This document shows, piece by piece, positions 8,074 to 16,389 of a stretch of DNA of 48,056 nucleotides. A model generated the notes under the pieces. That model was given only the letters and a program-made list of their open reading frames with translations. It was not told the origin of the DNA and ran no database searches. The position numbers and the translations under genes were made by a program. Positions within the stretch are counted from its first letter, which is position 1. Every line of letters starts with the position of its first letter. Source of the DNA: an uncultured Enterocloster sp. (GTDB taxonomy: Bacteria; Bacillota; Clostridia; Lachnospirales; Lachnospiraceae); the NCBI GenBank assembly GCA_944382045.1, contig CALWMT010000001.1, forward strand, positions 1 to 48,056, written 5' to 3'.

Positions 8074-9516
8074 ATGAGCAATTCATCAAACAAACCCGAA
8101 AAGCAAAAAGGGCTCCCCAAGCTGTTTACCATGGAGATGCCCCACACCTACCTGCTGATTTTCACCATTCTGGTCATCTGTGCCCTGCTGACCTACGTTA
8201 TTCCCGCAGGCCAGTTTGACACAGCCCCCAACGAGACCGGCCGGGAAATCCTGATCCCCGGAACCTTCCACGCAGTTGAGCAGAACCCGGTTTCCCTGTA
8301 TCAGTTTTTTAACGCTATCCCCACCGGCCTTTCAGAGATGTCATCCCTGATTTTCTTCGTTATGATCGCCGGCGGATCCTTTGCCATCATCAATGCCACC
8401 CAGACCATTGACATCGTGATCAATAAGCTGGTGAAGGCCCTGGAGGGAAAAGAGCATCTGATTGTATTTGTAATTATGTTCTTATTCTCTTTGCTCGGCG
8501 GCCTCATCGGCTTCGATTCAGAATGCGTGATCTTCGTGCCCATCTGTATCACGCTGGCCCGGCGCATGGGCTATGACAGCATCACCGGCATCGCCATGGT
8601 TATGTGCGGCGCCTTCGTGGGAAGCTCTGTAGGAACCTTCAACCCCTACGCTACGGCCGTGGCTCAGGGAATCGTGGGACTGCCCATCTTCTCCGGCGCA
8701 TGGTACCGCATGATCATGCATGCAGTCATCCTCATCGCTGTCGTTATCTACACCACCTGGTATGCGGAGCGTGTTAAGAAGGATCCCACCAAGAGCTACT
8801 GCTACAATGTGGAGCAGGCCCATCTTAAGAGCGGCAAGGTGGACCAGCTGAACTACACCACAACAACCACGCTCAGCGTGCGCAACACCCTGGTGCTCAT
8901 CACCATGGTTGCAGGCTTCGCCATCATCATCTACGGCGCTCTGGAAATGGACTGGTTTGCCAGTGAGATGGCCCCCATTTTCCTGGCCATGGGCATCATT
9001 GCAGGCGTTATGGGCGGCTTAAGCGGCAACAAGATCTGCCAGACCTGGATTGAGGGCGCCCGCTCCATGATGTTCGCCTGCCTGGTTATCGGTATGGGCC
9101 GCGGCATCCTGGTAGTTATGGAGGACGGCATGATTTTCCACACCATTTTGAATGCGCTTGCCGGCATCCTCTCCATTCTTCCCAGCTCTCTGATCGCTGT
9201 GGGAATGTTTGTCATCAATATTGTTATCAACTTCTTCGTTCCCTCAGGCAGCGGCCTTGCAGCCCTGGTTATGCCCCTGATGGGCCCCCTGGCTCAGATG
9301 ACCGGCATCACCGCTCAGACCGCGGTTGTGGCCTTCCAGTGTGCGGCAGGCTTCTCCGACTGTGTGATTCCTACCAGCTCCACCACCAACGCCTGTATCG
9401 GAGCCGGCGGCGTCAACTTCCTCCAGTGGATCCGCTTCGCCGGAAAGCTTGCCCTGATTGAGTGGGGACTGAGCATTGTATTTATCGTGATCGCGACTAT
9501 GATTCATCTGGCATAA
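8074..9516 (+). CDS. YfcC / C4-dicarboxylate anaerobic carrier-family transporter
   Basis: Motifs MPHTYLLIF, TYVIPAGQFD, NFFVPSGSGLA and TAVVAFQ, with many TM segments. AAGGAG RBS 7 nt before ATG 8074. Confidence 0.85.
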   Translation: MSNSSNKPEKQKGLPKLFTMEMPHTYLLIFTILVICALLTYVIPAGQFDTAPNETGREILIPGTFHAVEQNPVSLYQFFNAIPTGLSEMSSLIFFVMIAGGSFAIINATQTIDIVINKLVKALEGKEHLIVFVIMFLFSLLGGLIGFDSECVIFVPICITLARRMGYDSITGIAMVMCGAFVGSSVGTFNPYATAVAQGIVGLPIFSGAWYRMIMHAVILIAVVIYTTWYAERVKKDPTKSYCYNVEQAHLKSGKVDQLNYTTTTTLSVRNTLVLITMVAGFAIIIYGALEMDWFASEMAPIFLAMGIIAGVMGGLSGNKICQTWIEGARSMMFACLVIGMGRGILVVMEDGMIFHTILNALAGILSILPSSLIAVGMFVINIVINFFVPSGSGLAALVMPLMGPLAQMTGITAQTAVVAFQCAAGFSDCVIPTSSTTNACIGAGGVNFLQWIRFAGKLALIEWGLSIVFIVIATMIHLA

Positions 9517-9557
9517 GGTCTAACATTTAGATAAGCCAGCACATCTATTGCTAAAGG

Positions 9558-9607
9558 GGAGCCATTTTCCGGAGAATTTCCTGAAAATGGCTCCTCAAAG
9601 TTTTTCT
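9558..9607 (+). terminator. Intrinsic terminator after the YfcC-like transporter
   Basis: 12-bp stem GGAGCCATTTTC/GAAAATGGCTCC with a T-tract a few nt downstream. Confidence 0.6.
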
Positions 9608-9631
9608 AATACCGCTCGTAAAATTACAACT

Positions 9632-9660
9632 TTTACACACAGCTCCCCCCGCGCTATACT
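9632..9660 (+). promoter_or_regulatory. sigma-A promoter of the oxidoreductase/LarA-like operon
   Basis: TTTACA-N17-TATACT. Confidence 0.6.
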
Positions 9661-9768
9661 TAAATCAATAATGGCGGCAGTCTCTGTCTGCCGCAGCAAG
9701 ACACATGCGCCTGTGCATTCAGCTCCCTCTCCGCAGCGGGCCTTGAATGCCTGGCAGAAGGAGGTTTT

Positions 9769-11217
9769 ATGGAATCGTATGACGTAACAATCATCGGCGC
9801 CGGCGTGGTGGGCTGCGCCGTGGCCAGGGAGGCGTCCCGGCTGTCCTTAAGGATTGCGGTCCTGGAAAAGGAGCTGGACGTGGCCTGCGGCAATTCCAGC
9901 CGCAACACCGGCATGCTCCACGCCGGCTTCACCTACGCCCCGGGATCCCTGAAGGCGGCCTGCGCCGTGGAGGGCAACCAAGAATTTGACCAGGTGGCAG
10001 AGGAGCTTGACGTCCCCTTTAAGCGCACCGGCAAGCTGGTGGTGGGCTTTGACGAGAAGGACGAGGCCAACATTCTCAAGTTCAAGAGGATCGGCGAGAT
10101 CAACGGAGTCAAGGGCATGGAAATGATCGATCGGAAGCAGATGGACGCCATCGATCCCAATGCGGGCGGAAGCTTTGCCATGTACGTGCCGTCCTCCGGC
10201 ATCCTGGATCCCATGCAGTACACCATCGCCCTGGCAGAGAACGCCTGCAAAAACGGCGTCTCCTTCCGCTTCGGCCATAGGGTTGAGCGCATCGACCGGC
10301 TGGAGGACGGCTGGATGATCCATACCTCCCAGGGGGATGTGAGGACCAAGTGGGTCATCAACTGCGCAGGCATGTACGCCTCCCAGATCTCCGCCATGCT
10401 GGGCTATCCGGATTACCCAGTGCGGGGCTTCAAGGGGGAGTACTATGTCCTGGACAAGAAGGCGGGACGAAATATGCCCATCCCCATCTACCCGGCTCCC
10501 AATGAGAAGGGCGGCTTTGCCACCCACGCCACCCCCACGATCGATGGAAATGTACTCATCGGACCTGACTCCTACCTGACAGATGATTTTGAGGACTACA
10601 AGGTGACGAAGGAGCACATGGACGGCCTCTATCGGGACGGCTTAAAGATGTTTAAGGAGATGAAGCGGGAGTACTTCATCCGAAATTTTGCCGGAATCCG
10701 CTGGAAGATCTATGACCCAGCCACCGGAGAGAACAAGGATTTCGTCCTGGAGTCCGATGACGCCAACCCCTTCACCGTGAATCTGGTGGGCATCGAATCC
10801 CCCGGCATCACCTGCGCTCTCCCCTTGGCGAGGCGGGCTGTGGCCATCCTAAGGGAAAAGGAGCAGCCTGCTCCCAACCCGGACTTCAATCCCCGCCGGG
10901 AGGGTATCCGCCGGTTCTCCGAGATGAGCCTTGCGGAAAAGGAGGCGGCTGTGGCCGCGGATCCCAACTACGGCGAGATTATCTGCCGCTGTGAGACGGT
11001 GACCCGGGCGGAGATCCTGAAGGCCATCCACAATCCATTGGGCGTCCACACGGTCACCGGCATCAAGAACCGCACCCGGGCCACCATGGGCCGCTGCCAG
11101 GGCGGCTACTGCGAGACCCGGATTACCCAGATGATCGAGGAGGAGCTTGGCATCCTGGAGACAGAGGTGCGCTACTCAAAGGCAGGCTCCTATATGTTTA
11201 CAGGAAAGGTGAGGTGA
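9769..11217 (+). CDS. FAD-dependent oxidoreductase (DAO/LhgO/GlpA-like) with a C-terminal BFD-like [2Fe-2S] domain
   Basis: Motifs IIGAGVVG, NTGMLHAG and GIESPGIT. C-terminal ICRCETVT...GRCQGGYC. Confidence 0.9.
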   Translation: MESYDVTIIGAGVVGCAVAREASRLSLRIAVLEKELDVACGNSSRNTGMLHAGFTYAPGSLKAACAVEGNQEFDQVAEELDVPFKRTGKLVVGFDEKDEANILKFKRIGEINGVKGMEMIDRKQMDAIDPNAGGSFAMYVPSSGILDPMQYTIALAENACKNGVSFRFGHRVERIDRLEDGWMIHTSQGDVRTKWVINCAGMYASQISAMLGYPDYPVRGFKGEYYVLDKKAGRNMPIPIYPAPNEKGGFATHATPTIDGNVLIGPDSYLTDDFEDYKVTKEHMDGLYRDGLKMFKEMKREYFIRNFAGIRWKIYDPATGENKDFVLESDDANPFTVNLVGIESPGITCALPLARRAVAILREKEQPAPNPDFNPRREGIRRFSEMSLAEKEAAVAADPNYGEIICRCETVTRAEILKAIHNPLGVHTVTGIKNRTRATMGRCQGGYCETRITQMIEEELGILETEVRYSKAGSYMFTGKVR

Positions 11218-11222
11218 GAGGC

Positions 11223-12458
11223 ATGAGACAGGCAGCAGCAGTAATCATCGGCGGCGGTCCGGCGGGACTTGCCGCAGCGGCAGAGCTTTACAAGAAGGGC
11301 ATCCGGGACGTTCTCATCCTGGAGCGTGAGAAAAGCCTGGGCGGCATCCTCCGCCAGTGCATTCACGACGGCTTCGGCCTGACCCGGTTTGGGGAGACGC
11401 TGAGCGGCCCGGAGTACGCCCAGCGCTTTATCGATATGATAGAAGAGATGAAAATTCCCTATGTGACGGACACCACGGTTCTCTCCATCACTCCTGACAA
11501 GAGAATCCTTGCGGCCTCCAGGGAGGGGATCCTGGAGATCCAGGCAAAGGCCGTAATCCTGGCCATGGGCTGCCGGGAGCGGACCCGGGGCGCCATCAGC
11601 ATTCCCGGGGAGCGCCCCGCCGGCGTCTACACTGCGGGCGTGGCCCAGTCCTACATCAACCTCCACAACAAGATGGTGGGAAGGGAGGTCGTGATTTTGG
11701 GCTCCGGGGACATCGGCATGATCATGGCCCGGCGGCTCACCCTGGAGGGCGCCCATGTACAGGCGGTTTTTGAGCTTCAGCCCTACTCCAGCGGCCTCCC
11801 AAGGAACATCGAGCAGTGCCTGCGTGACTATGACATTCCCCTGTATCTAAGCCACACGGTGACGGACATTCTGGGCAGGGAGCGCCTAGAGGGCGTGGTG
11901 GTCTCCCAGGTGGACGAGCACCTGCAGCCCATTCCCGGCACGGAAAAGACCTACGCCTGCGACACCCTGATTCTCTCTGTAGGCCTGATTCCGGAAAATG
12001 AGCTCTCCCTGGGTGCCGGTGTGGTTCTGGACAATCGAAGCAAGGGGGCCATCGTGGATGAAAGCTATCAGACCAGCGTGGAGGGAATTTTCGCCGCCGG
12101 CAACGTGCTCCACGTCCATGACCTGGTGGACTTTGTATCCGGGGAGGCAGAGCGCCTGGCTGACGCAGCGGCAGCCTACATAGAGGAGGGCTCTCTGCCG
12201 TCCTGCGCCCTGGACGTGGTTACGGACGGAAACGTAACCCACACCATCCCCCAGAGAATCAGCGGAACCAAATCCTTCCTCCTCTCCCTGCGGGTGAGAA
12301 GGCCCATGAAGGACTGCGAGATCCAGATCTGCCAGGGCGGACAGATAATCAAGAGAAGGAAATTTAAAAAGGCCATCCCCGCGGAGATGATTCAGATCCC
12401 CGTAGATAAGGCCAGCTTAAACAGCACAGAGAATCTGGAGGTGAAGGTGGTATGCTGA
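11223..12458 (+). CDS. FAD/NAD(P)-dependent pyridine nucleotide-disulfide oxidoreductase-family subunit
   Basis: Motifs IIGGGPAG, GGILRQCIHDGFG, ILGSGDIG and GIFAAGNVLHVHDLVD. Confidence 0.9.
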   Translation: MRQAAAVIIGGGPAGLAAAAELYKKGIRDVLILEREKSLGGILRQCIHDGFGLTRFGETLSGPEYAQRFIDMIEEMKIPYVTDTTVLSITPDKRILAASREGILEIQAKAVILAMGCRERTRGAISIPGERPAGVYTAGVAQSYINLHNKMVGREVVILGSGDIGMIMARRLTLEGAHVQAVFELQPYSSGLPRNIEQCLRDYDIPLYLSHTVTDILGRERLEGVVVSQVDEHLQPIPGTEKTYACDTLILSVGLIPENELSLGAGVVLDNRSKGAIVDESYQTSVEGIFAAGNVLHVHDLVDFVSGEAERLADAAAAYIEEGSLPSCALDVVTDGNVTHTIPQRISGTKSFLLSLRVRRPMKDCEIQICQGGQIIKRRKFKKAIPAEMIQIPVDKASLNSTENLEVKVVC

Positions 12459-12820
12459 GAGAATTTACCTGTATTATGTGCCCCTTGGGCTGCAGCCTGG
12501 AGGTCACAGAGGAAAATGGCCAAGTTATCGATGTGAAGGGAAATACCTGCCCCAAGGGAAGGGAATACGCCGTTCAGGAGGTCACGGCCCCCATGCGCAA
12601 TATCGCCAGCTCCATAAGGATTGACGGCGGGGAGCTGCCGCTGGCCAGCGTCCGTCTCTCCGCTCCCATTCCCAAGAAGGATATCTTCCGGGCCATGGAG
12701 GAGATTCGGAAGGTGCATCTTCCGGCTCCGGTTTATATCGGAGATGTAGTCATCTCCCATCTTTTGGGAACAGAGGCAGATGTGATCGTGACAAAGAATG
12801 TGAAGGAGGCATCCGTATGA
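12452..12820 (+). CDS. DUF1667 small cysteine-rich (probable metal/Fe-S) subunit
   Basis: CIMCPLGC...GNTCPKG. Overlaps both neighbouring genes, suggesting translational coupling. Confidence 0.85.
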   Translation: MLREFTCIMCPLGCSLEVTEENGQVIDVKGNTCPKGREYAVQEVTAPMRNIASSIRIDGGELPLASVRLSAPIPKKDIFRAMEEIRKVHLPAPVYIGDVVISHLLGTEADVIVTKNVKEASV

Positions 12821-14136
12821 AGGTAGTACAGGGAGGAACCGTATCCCGCTTATTAAAGGACGTGCAGATTCCGGAAATGTTCCACGCCAGGCAGACATTT
12901 CCCCGCGAAGCTATAAACCCCCAGGATATCCCGGCCATCGTGGAGGCCCAGATCGCCCAGCCGGAATTTTCCGCCAAAATAAAGCCCGGCATGCGCATCG
13001 CCATCACGGCGGGCAGCCGGGGAATCCGAAATGTAGATATCATCACGAAAGCGGTGGTGGACGCGGTAAAGCGCAGGGGCGCCTCCCCCTTCATCGTCCC
13101 GGCCATGGGAAGCCACGGCGGGGCCACCGCCGAAGGCCAGCGGGAGATCCTGGCGAGCTACAGCATCACGGAGGAAACCATGGGCTGCCCCATCCTCTCC
13201 TCCATGGAGGTGGCGGAGCTTGGCTATTCCTCCCTGGGCCGGAGGGTGGTCCTGGACAAAAACGCCTATGAGTCCGACGGCATCATCATCTCCTGCCGCC
13301 TAAAGCCCCACAACGCCTTTCGGGGCACCCATGAGAGCGGTCCCTGCAAGATGATGACCGTAGGCCTGGGCAAGCAGGTGGGCGCCTCCATCGTCCACGG
13401 GGACGGCATGGGAAATATCGCCAAGAACATCCCCACCATGGCCCAGGTGGTCCTGGACAAGGCCCCCATTCTCTTTGCCATTCCCTGCATTGAGAACGCC
13501 TACGACGAGACCTGCCGCATAGAGGCCATTCTCCCGGAAAATATCCTGGAGCGTGAGGCCGAGCTCTTAAAATTCGCCTTTGCCAACATGCCCAGCCTCC
13601 TGGTGGGCCAGGGCGATGTGCTGGTGGTTGACAGCATAGGCAAGAACTTCAGCGGCACGGGAGTGGACCCCAACATCACAGGAACCTTTTCCACAGAGTA
13701 TGCCAAGGGCGGCATCCAGGTGCAGCGGACCTGCTTCCTCAACCTGACGGAGGAATCCCACGGCAATGCCCTGGGCTGCGGCCTGGCCAGCGCCATCACG
13801 AGGAAGATCTTCGACGAGATGGACATCGAGAAGATGTATCCCAACTGCATCACCAGCACCGTCCTCAGCTCCGCCCGCATCCCCTGCGTAGTGGCCACGG
13901 ACAAGGAGGCCATCCAGCTGTGCATCAAGACCCTAAACGGCCTGGGAGACGCCCCGGTGCGCATGGTGCGGATCGAAAACAGCCTGCACATTGACGCCAT
14001 TATGCTCTCCGCCGCCTACTATGAGGACGTGAAGGCCGGAAAATATCCAGGCCTTGAGGCCTTGGACGCCCCGGCGCCGCTGGCATTTGATGCGCAGGAT
14101 AATGTGGTGACGCCGGTGCGGATCGAAGGGCTGTAA
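12817..14136 (+). CDS. LarA-like (lactate racemase N-terminal domain, DUF2088) protein
   Basis: Motifs IAITAGSRGI, PFIVPAMGSHGGATAEGQ, RLKPH...ESG..KM..VGLGK and GKNFSGTGVDPN. Confidence 0.75.
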   Translation: MKVVQGGTVSRLLKDVQIPEMFHARQTFPREAINPQDIPAIVEAQIAQPEFSAKIKPGMRIAITAGSRGIRNVDIITKAVVDAVKRRGASPFIVPAMGSHGGATAEGQREILASYSITEETMGCPILSSMEVAELGYSSLGRRVVLDKNAYESDGIIISCRLKPHNAFRGTHESGPCKMMTVGLGKQVGASIVHGDGMGNIAKNIPTMAQVVLDKAPILFAIPCIENAYDETCRIEAILPENILEREAELLKFAFANMPSLLVGQGDVLVVDSIGKNFSGTGVDPNITGTFSTEYAKGGIQVQRTCFLNLTEESHGNALGCGLASAITRKIFDEMDIEKMYPNCITSTVLSSARIPCVVATDKEAIQLCIKTLNGLGDAPVRMVRIENSLHIDAIMLSAAYYEDVKAGKYPGLEALDAPAPLAFDAQDNVVTPVRIEGL

Positions 14137-14137
14137 T

Positions 14138-15505
14138 TCAAAGCTTCTTTGTGTCCAGTCTTTTGCTGATTCCTGCCACCACGCCGCTCAAGGCGAGAAG
14201 CGCCATGGCGTTGGGGATCACCATCAGCCCGTTAAAGAAGTCCGCCAGAGCCCAGACCAGGTCCACCTTCAAGGCAGAGCCAATGACGATGAACACCACC
14301 ACCAGCAGTGAATATACTCTGGCTGCCTTCTTTCCAAACAGATACTCCGCATTGATCTGACCGAAGAAGTGCCAGCCAAGGATCGTGGAGTATGCAAAAA
14401 ACAGAAGGCATACCGCCACAAAGATCAGCCCCAGCGGCCCAAAGCTCTGCATGAAGGCCTCCTGGGTCAGCGCTGTTCCGTCCTTGCCGCTGGCCATCGC
14501 CCCGGTTGTCAGGATGGAAAACACGGTGAGGTTCAGGATAATAAAGGTATCGATAAACACACTGATCATAGCACAGAGTCCCTGATGATGGGGGCTCTTT
14601 GCTTTTGCCCTGGCGTGGGCGTGGGGTGTGGAGCCCATGCCTGCCTCGTTGGAGAAAAGGCCACGGGCTACGCCGTAGCGGATGGCCTCCCGCACGGTGA
14701 TGCCGGCGCCGGCGCCCACCACGGCGTCCGGCTGGAAGGCACCCACGAGAATCAGGCGGAGGGCCTCCGGAAGATGGGTGATGTGCATTCCAATGAGAAT
14801 CAGGCTTCCCACAATGTAAAAGCCAGCCATCACCGGCACCAGCTTTTCCACCACGGAGGCCAGCCGCTTTGTGCCTCCCAGGAAGATAAACAGCGACAGC
14901 AGGGCGATCACAGCCCCCACGGCCACCGGCGGCACATTGATGTGATAATAGGTAAACACCTCAGAAAATGCCGCTCCGATGGAGTTGGACTGGACCATAT
15001 TGCCCATAAAGCCCAGTGCCAGGATGATAAATACGGCAAAGCAGCCTGCCAAAATCCGGCCAAATCTGCCCTTGAACGCGGCCTTTATATAGTACACCGG
15101 GCCGCCCGTCACCTGTCCGTCCACCTCGGTTTTATACTCCTGGGCCAGAACCGCCTCAGAATAGATGGTGGCCATGCCGAAAAATGCGCTGACCCACATC
15201 CAGAAGATGGCTCCCGGCCCGCCGCCGATCAGGGCCGTGGCGGCTCCCGCCAGATTGCCCGTTCCCACCTGGGCTGCAATCGCAGTGGCTAATGACTGAA
15301 ATGGCGTCATCTCGCCCTTCTCATGCTTCTCGCCCTTCATGCTGAAATTTCCGAACACCAGACGGCAGCCCTGGCCAAACCGCCTTATCTGAATGAACCT
15401 CAGCCGGATCGTGTAGTAGATGCCTGTGCCCACCAAAATCACGATCAGAAGGAAGCTCATCAAAAAATCTGTTCCCTTTTCCACCAATGCCTGCAGTAAA
15501 TCCAT
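14138..15505 (-). CDS. Alanine/glycine:cation symporter (AGCS family)
   Basis: Motifs AQVGTGNLAG, GGPGAIFWMW, GGPVYYI and RGLFSNEAGMGS. Confidence 0.95.
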   Translation of the reverse strand: MDLLQALVEKGTDFLMSFLLIVILVGTGIYYTIRLRFIQIRRFGQGCRLVFGNFSMKGEKHEKGEMTPFQSLATAIAAQVGTGNLAGAATALIGGGPGAIFWMWVSAFFGMATIYSEAVLAQEYKTEVDGQVTGGPVYYIKAAFKGRFGRILAGCFAVFIILALGFMGNMVQSNSIGAAFSEVFTYYHINVPPVAVGAVIALLSLFIFLGGTKRLASVVEKLVPVMAGFYIVGSLILIGMHITHLPEALRLILVGAFQPDAVVGAGAGITVREAIRYGVARGLFSNEAGMGSTPHAHARAKAKSPHHQGLCAMISVFIDTFIILNLTVFSILTTGAMASGKDGTALTQEAFMQSFGPLGLIFVAVCLLFFAYSTILGWHFFGQINAEYLFGKKAARVYSLLVVVFIVIGSALKVDLVWALADFFNGLMVIPNAMALLALSGVVAGISKRLDTKKL

Positions 15506-15561
15506 GTTTCATTCCTCCTCTTGGATGCTTATCCGCATGCGCGTTCCAGCCGCGCACGCAC

Positions 15562-15590
15562 AAAAATAAGAGCTGACTTCCATCAGCTCT
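15562..15590 (-). terminator. Attenuator terminator in the leader of the symporter gene
   Basis: AGAGCTGA-tggaag-TCAGCTCT stem followed by TATTTTT on the minus strand, between the aptamer and the ATG. Confidence 0.75.
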
Positions 15591-15652
15591 CCAAAGAGTA
15601 GAACATTTGCATACAATGGGCTTTACAATGTCTCCCATTGTCCTTTTTGTAT

Positions 15653-15765
15653 GCCCTGTCCTTTTGCCTGAGAGATCGGCCCCGCGCCCCTGCACGCGGC
15701 TGCCTTACACCTTCGGCGCTCCTTTCGGAGACTCTCCAGAGTGTCCCGCCCTCCGGTGAGAGCGG
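15653..15765 (-). ncRNA. Glycine riboswitch (single aptamer with 5' ghost hairpin)
   Basis: Minus strand reads CUCUGGAGAG-UCUCCGAAAGGAG-CGCCGAAGG...AUCUCUCAGGCAAAAGGACAG, upstream of the AGCS symporter. Confidence 0.9.
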
Positions 15766-15775
15766 AACGATATTT

Positions 15776-15804
15776 ACTGTAGCACAAAACGCCTGATTTT
15801 ACAA
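15776..15804 (-). promoter_or_regulatory. sigma-A promoter driving the glycine riboswitch leader
   Basis: TTGTAA-N17-TACAGT with an extended TG. Confidence 0.6.
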
Positions 15805-15812
15805 CTGTTTTC

Positions 15813-16154
15813 TCAGACAATCGAAAAAAGCCTCAGTACGCCTCCCGCGATGGATACAGCCACCAGAATGGAAGCCAGCTGTCTCTTTTCCTCTCCCTCT
15901 GCCCCTGCGCAGACCACGATTCCCGCTGCGCTCATCAGGCCGAGCCCCCAGGCTGCTATCTGACCCCCAATCCAGTTTCCCGGAAGGGAAAGTCCGTGAA
16001 ATGCGGCAATGCACATTCCCCAGGCTCCCATTATATACAGGCAGATCTTCTGTCCCTTCTCCTCCTTCAGCAAAAATAACAGCAGTATCCCCAAGACACT
16101 GACCACAGATACCGCCGCGAACAAAACTGCAAATATTCCTATCGCCATATTCAT
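15813..16154 (-). CDS. Small hypothetical membrane protein (about 4 TM)
   Basis: 113 aa with four hydrophobic segments and an AGGAGG RBS. Confidence 0.75.
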   Translation of the reverse strand: MNMAIGIFAVLFAAVSVVSVLGILLLFLLKEEKGQKICLYIMGAWGMCIAAFHGLSLPGNWIGGQIAAWGLGLMSAAGIVVCAGAEGEEKRQLASILVAVSIAGGVLRLFSIV

Positions 16155-16270
16155 TTCCTCCTTGCTCTCTGTTATGGCTTCATCCTATCAGGCCACTATA
16201 AATAATCCATCAAGAGAACCTAAAGTTTTCTTAAAAGTGTTGCTTTTTTCCAGGAAATGTTATATAAATG

Positions 16271-16380
16271 ATATGAGGTGTTATGGTTTCCCTTAAACCA
16301 TATCCCTCATCCTTATTAATTATTTATACTCCCCTTGAGTAAAGGCCAGGATAGCTCCCCTATCCTGGCCTTTCTCTTTC
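16271..16380 (+). ncRNA. Candidate small regulatory RNA with C-rich loops
   Basis: Promoter TTGCTT-N17-TATAAA (16240-16268), 5' hairpin 16273-16310, AU-rich linker containing CUCCCC, and a 14-bp terminator stem 16341-16373. No plausible ORF. Confidence 0.55.
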
Positions 16381-16389
16381 CCTTATGCC

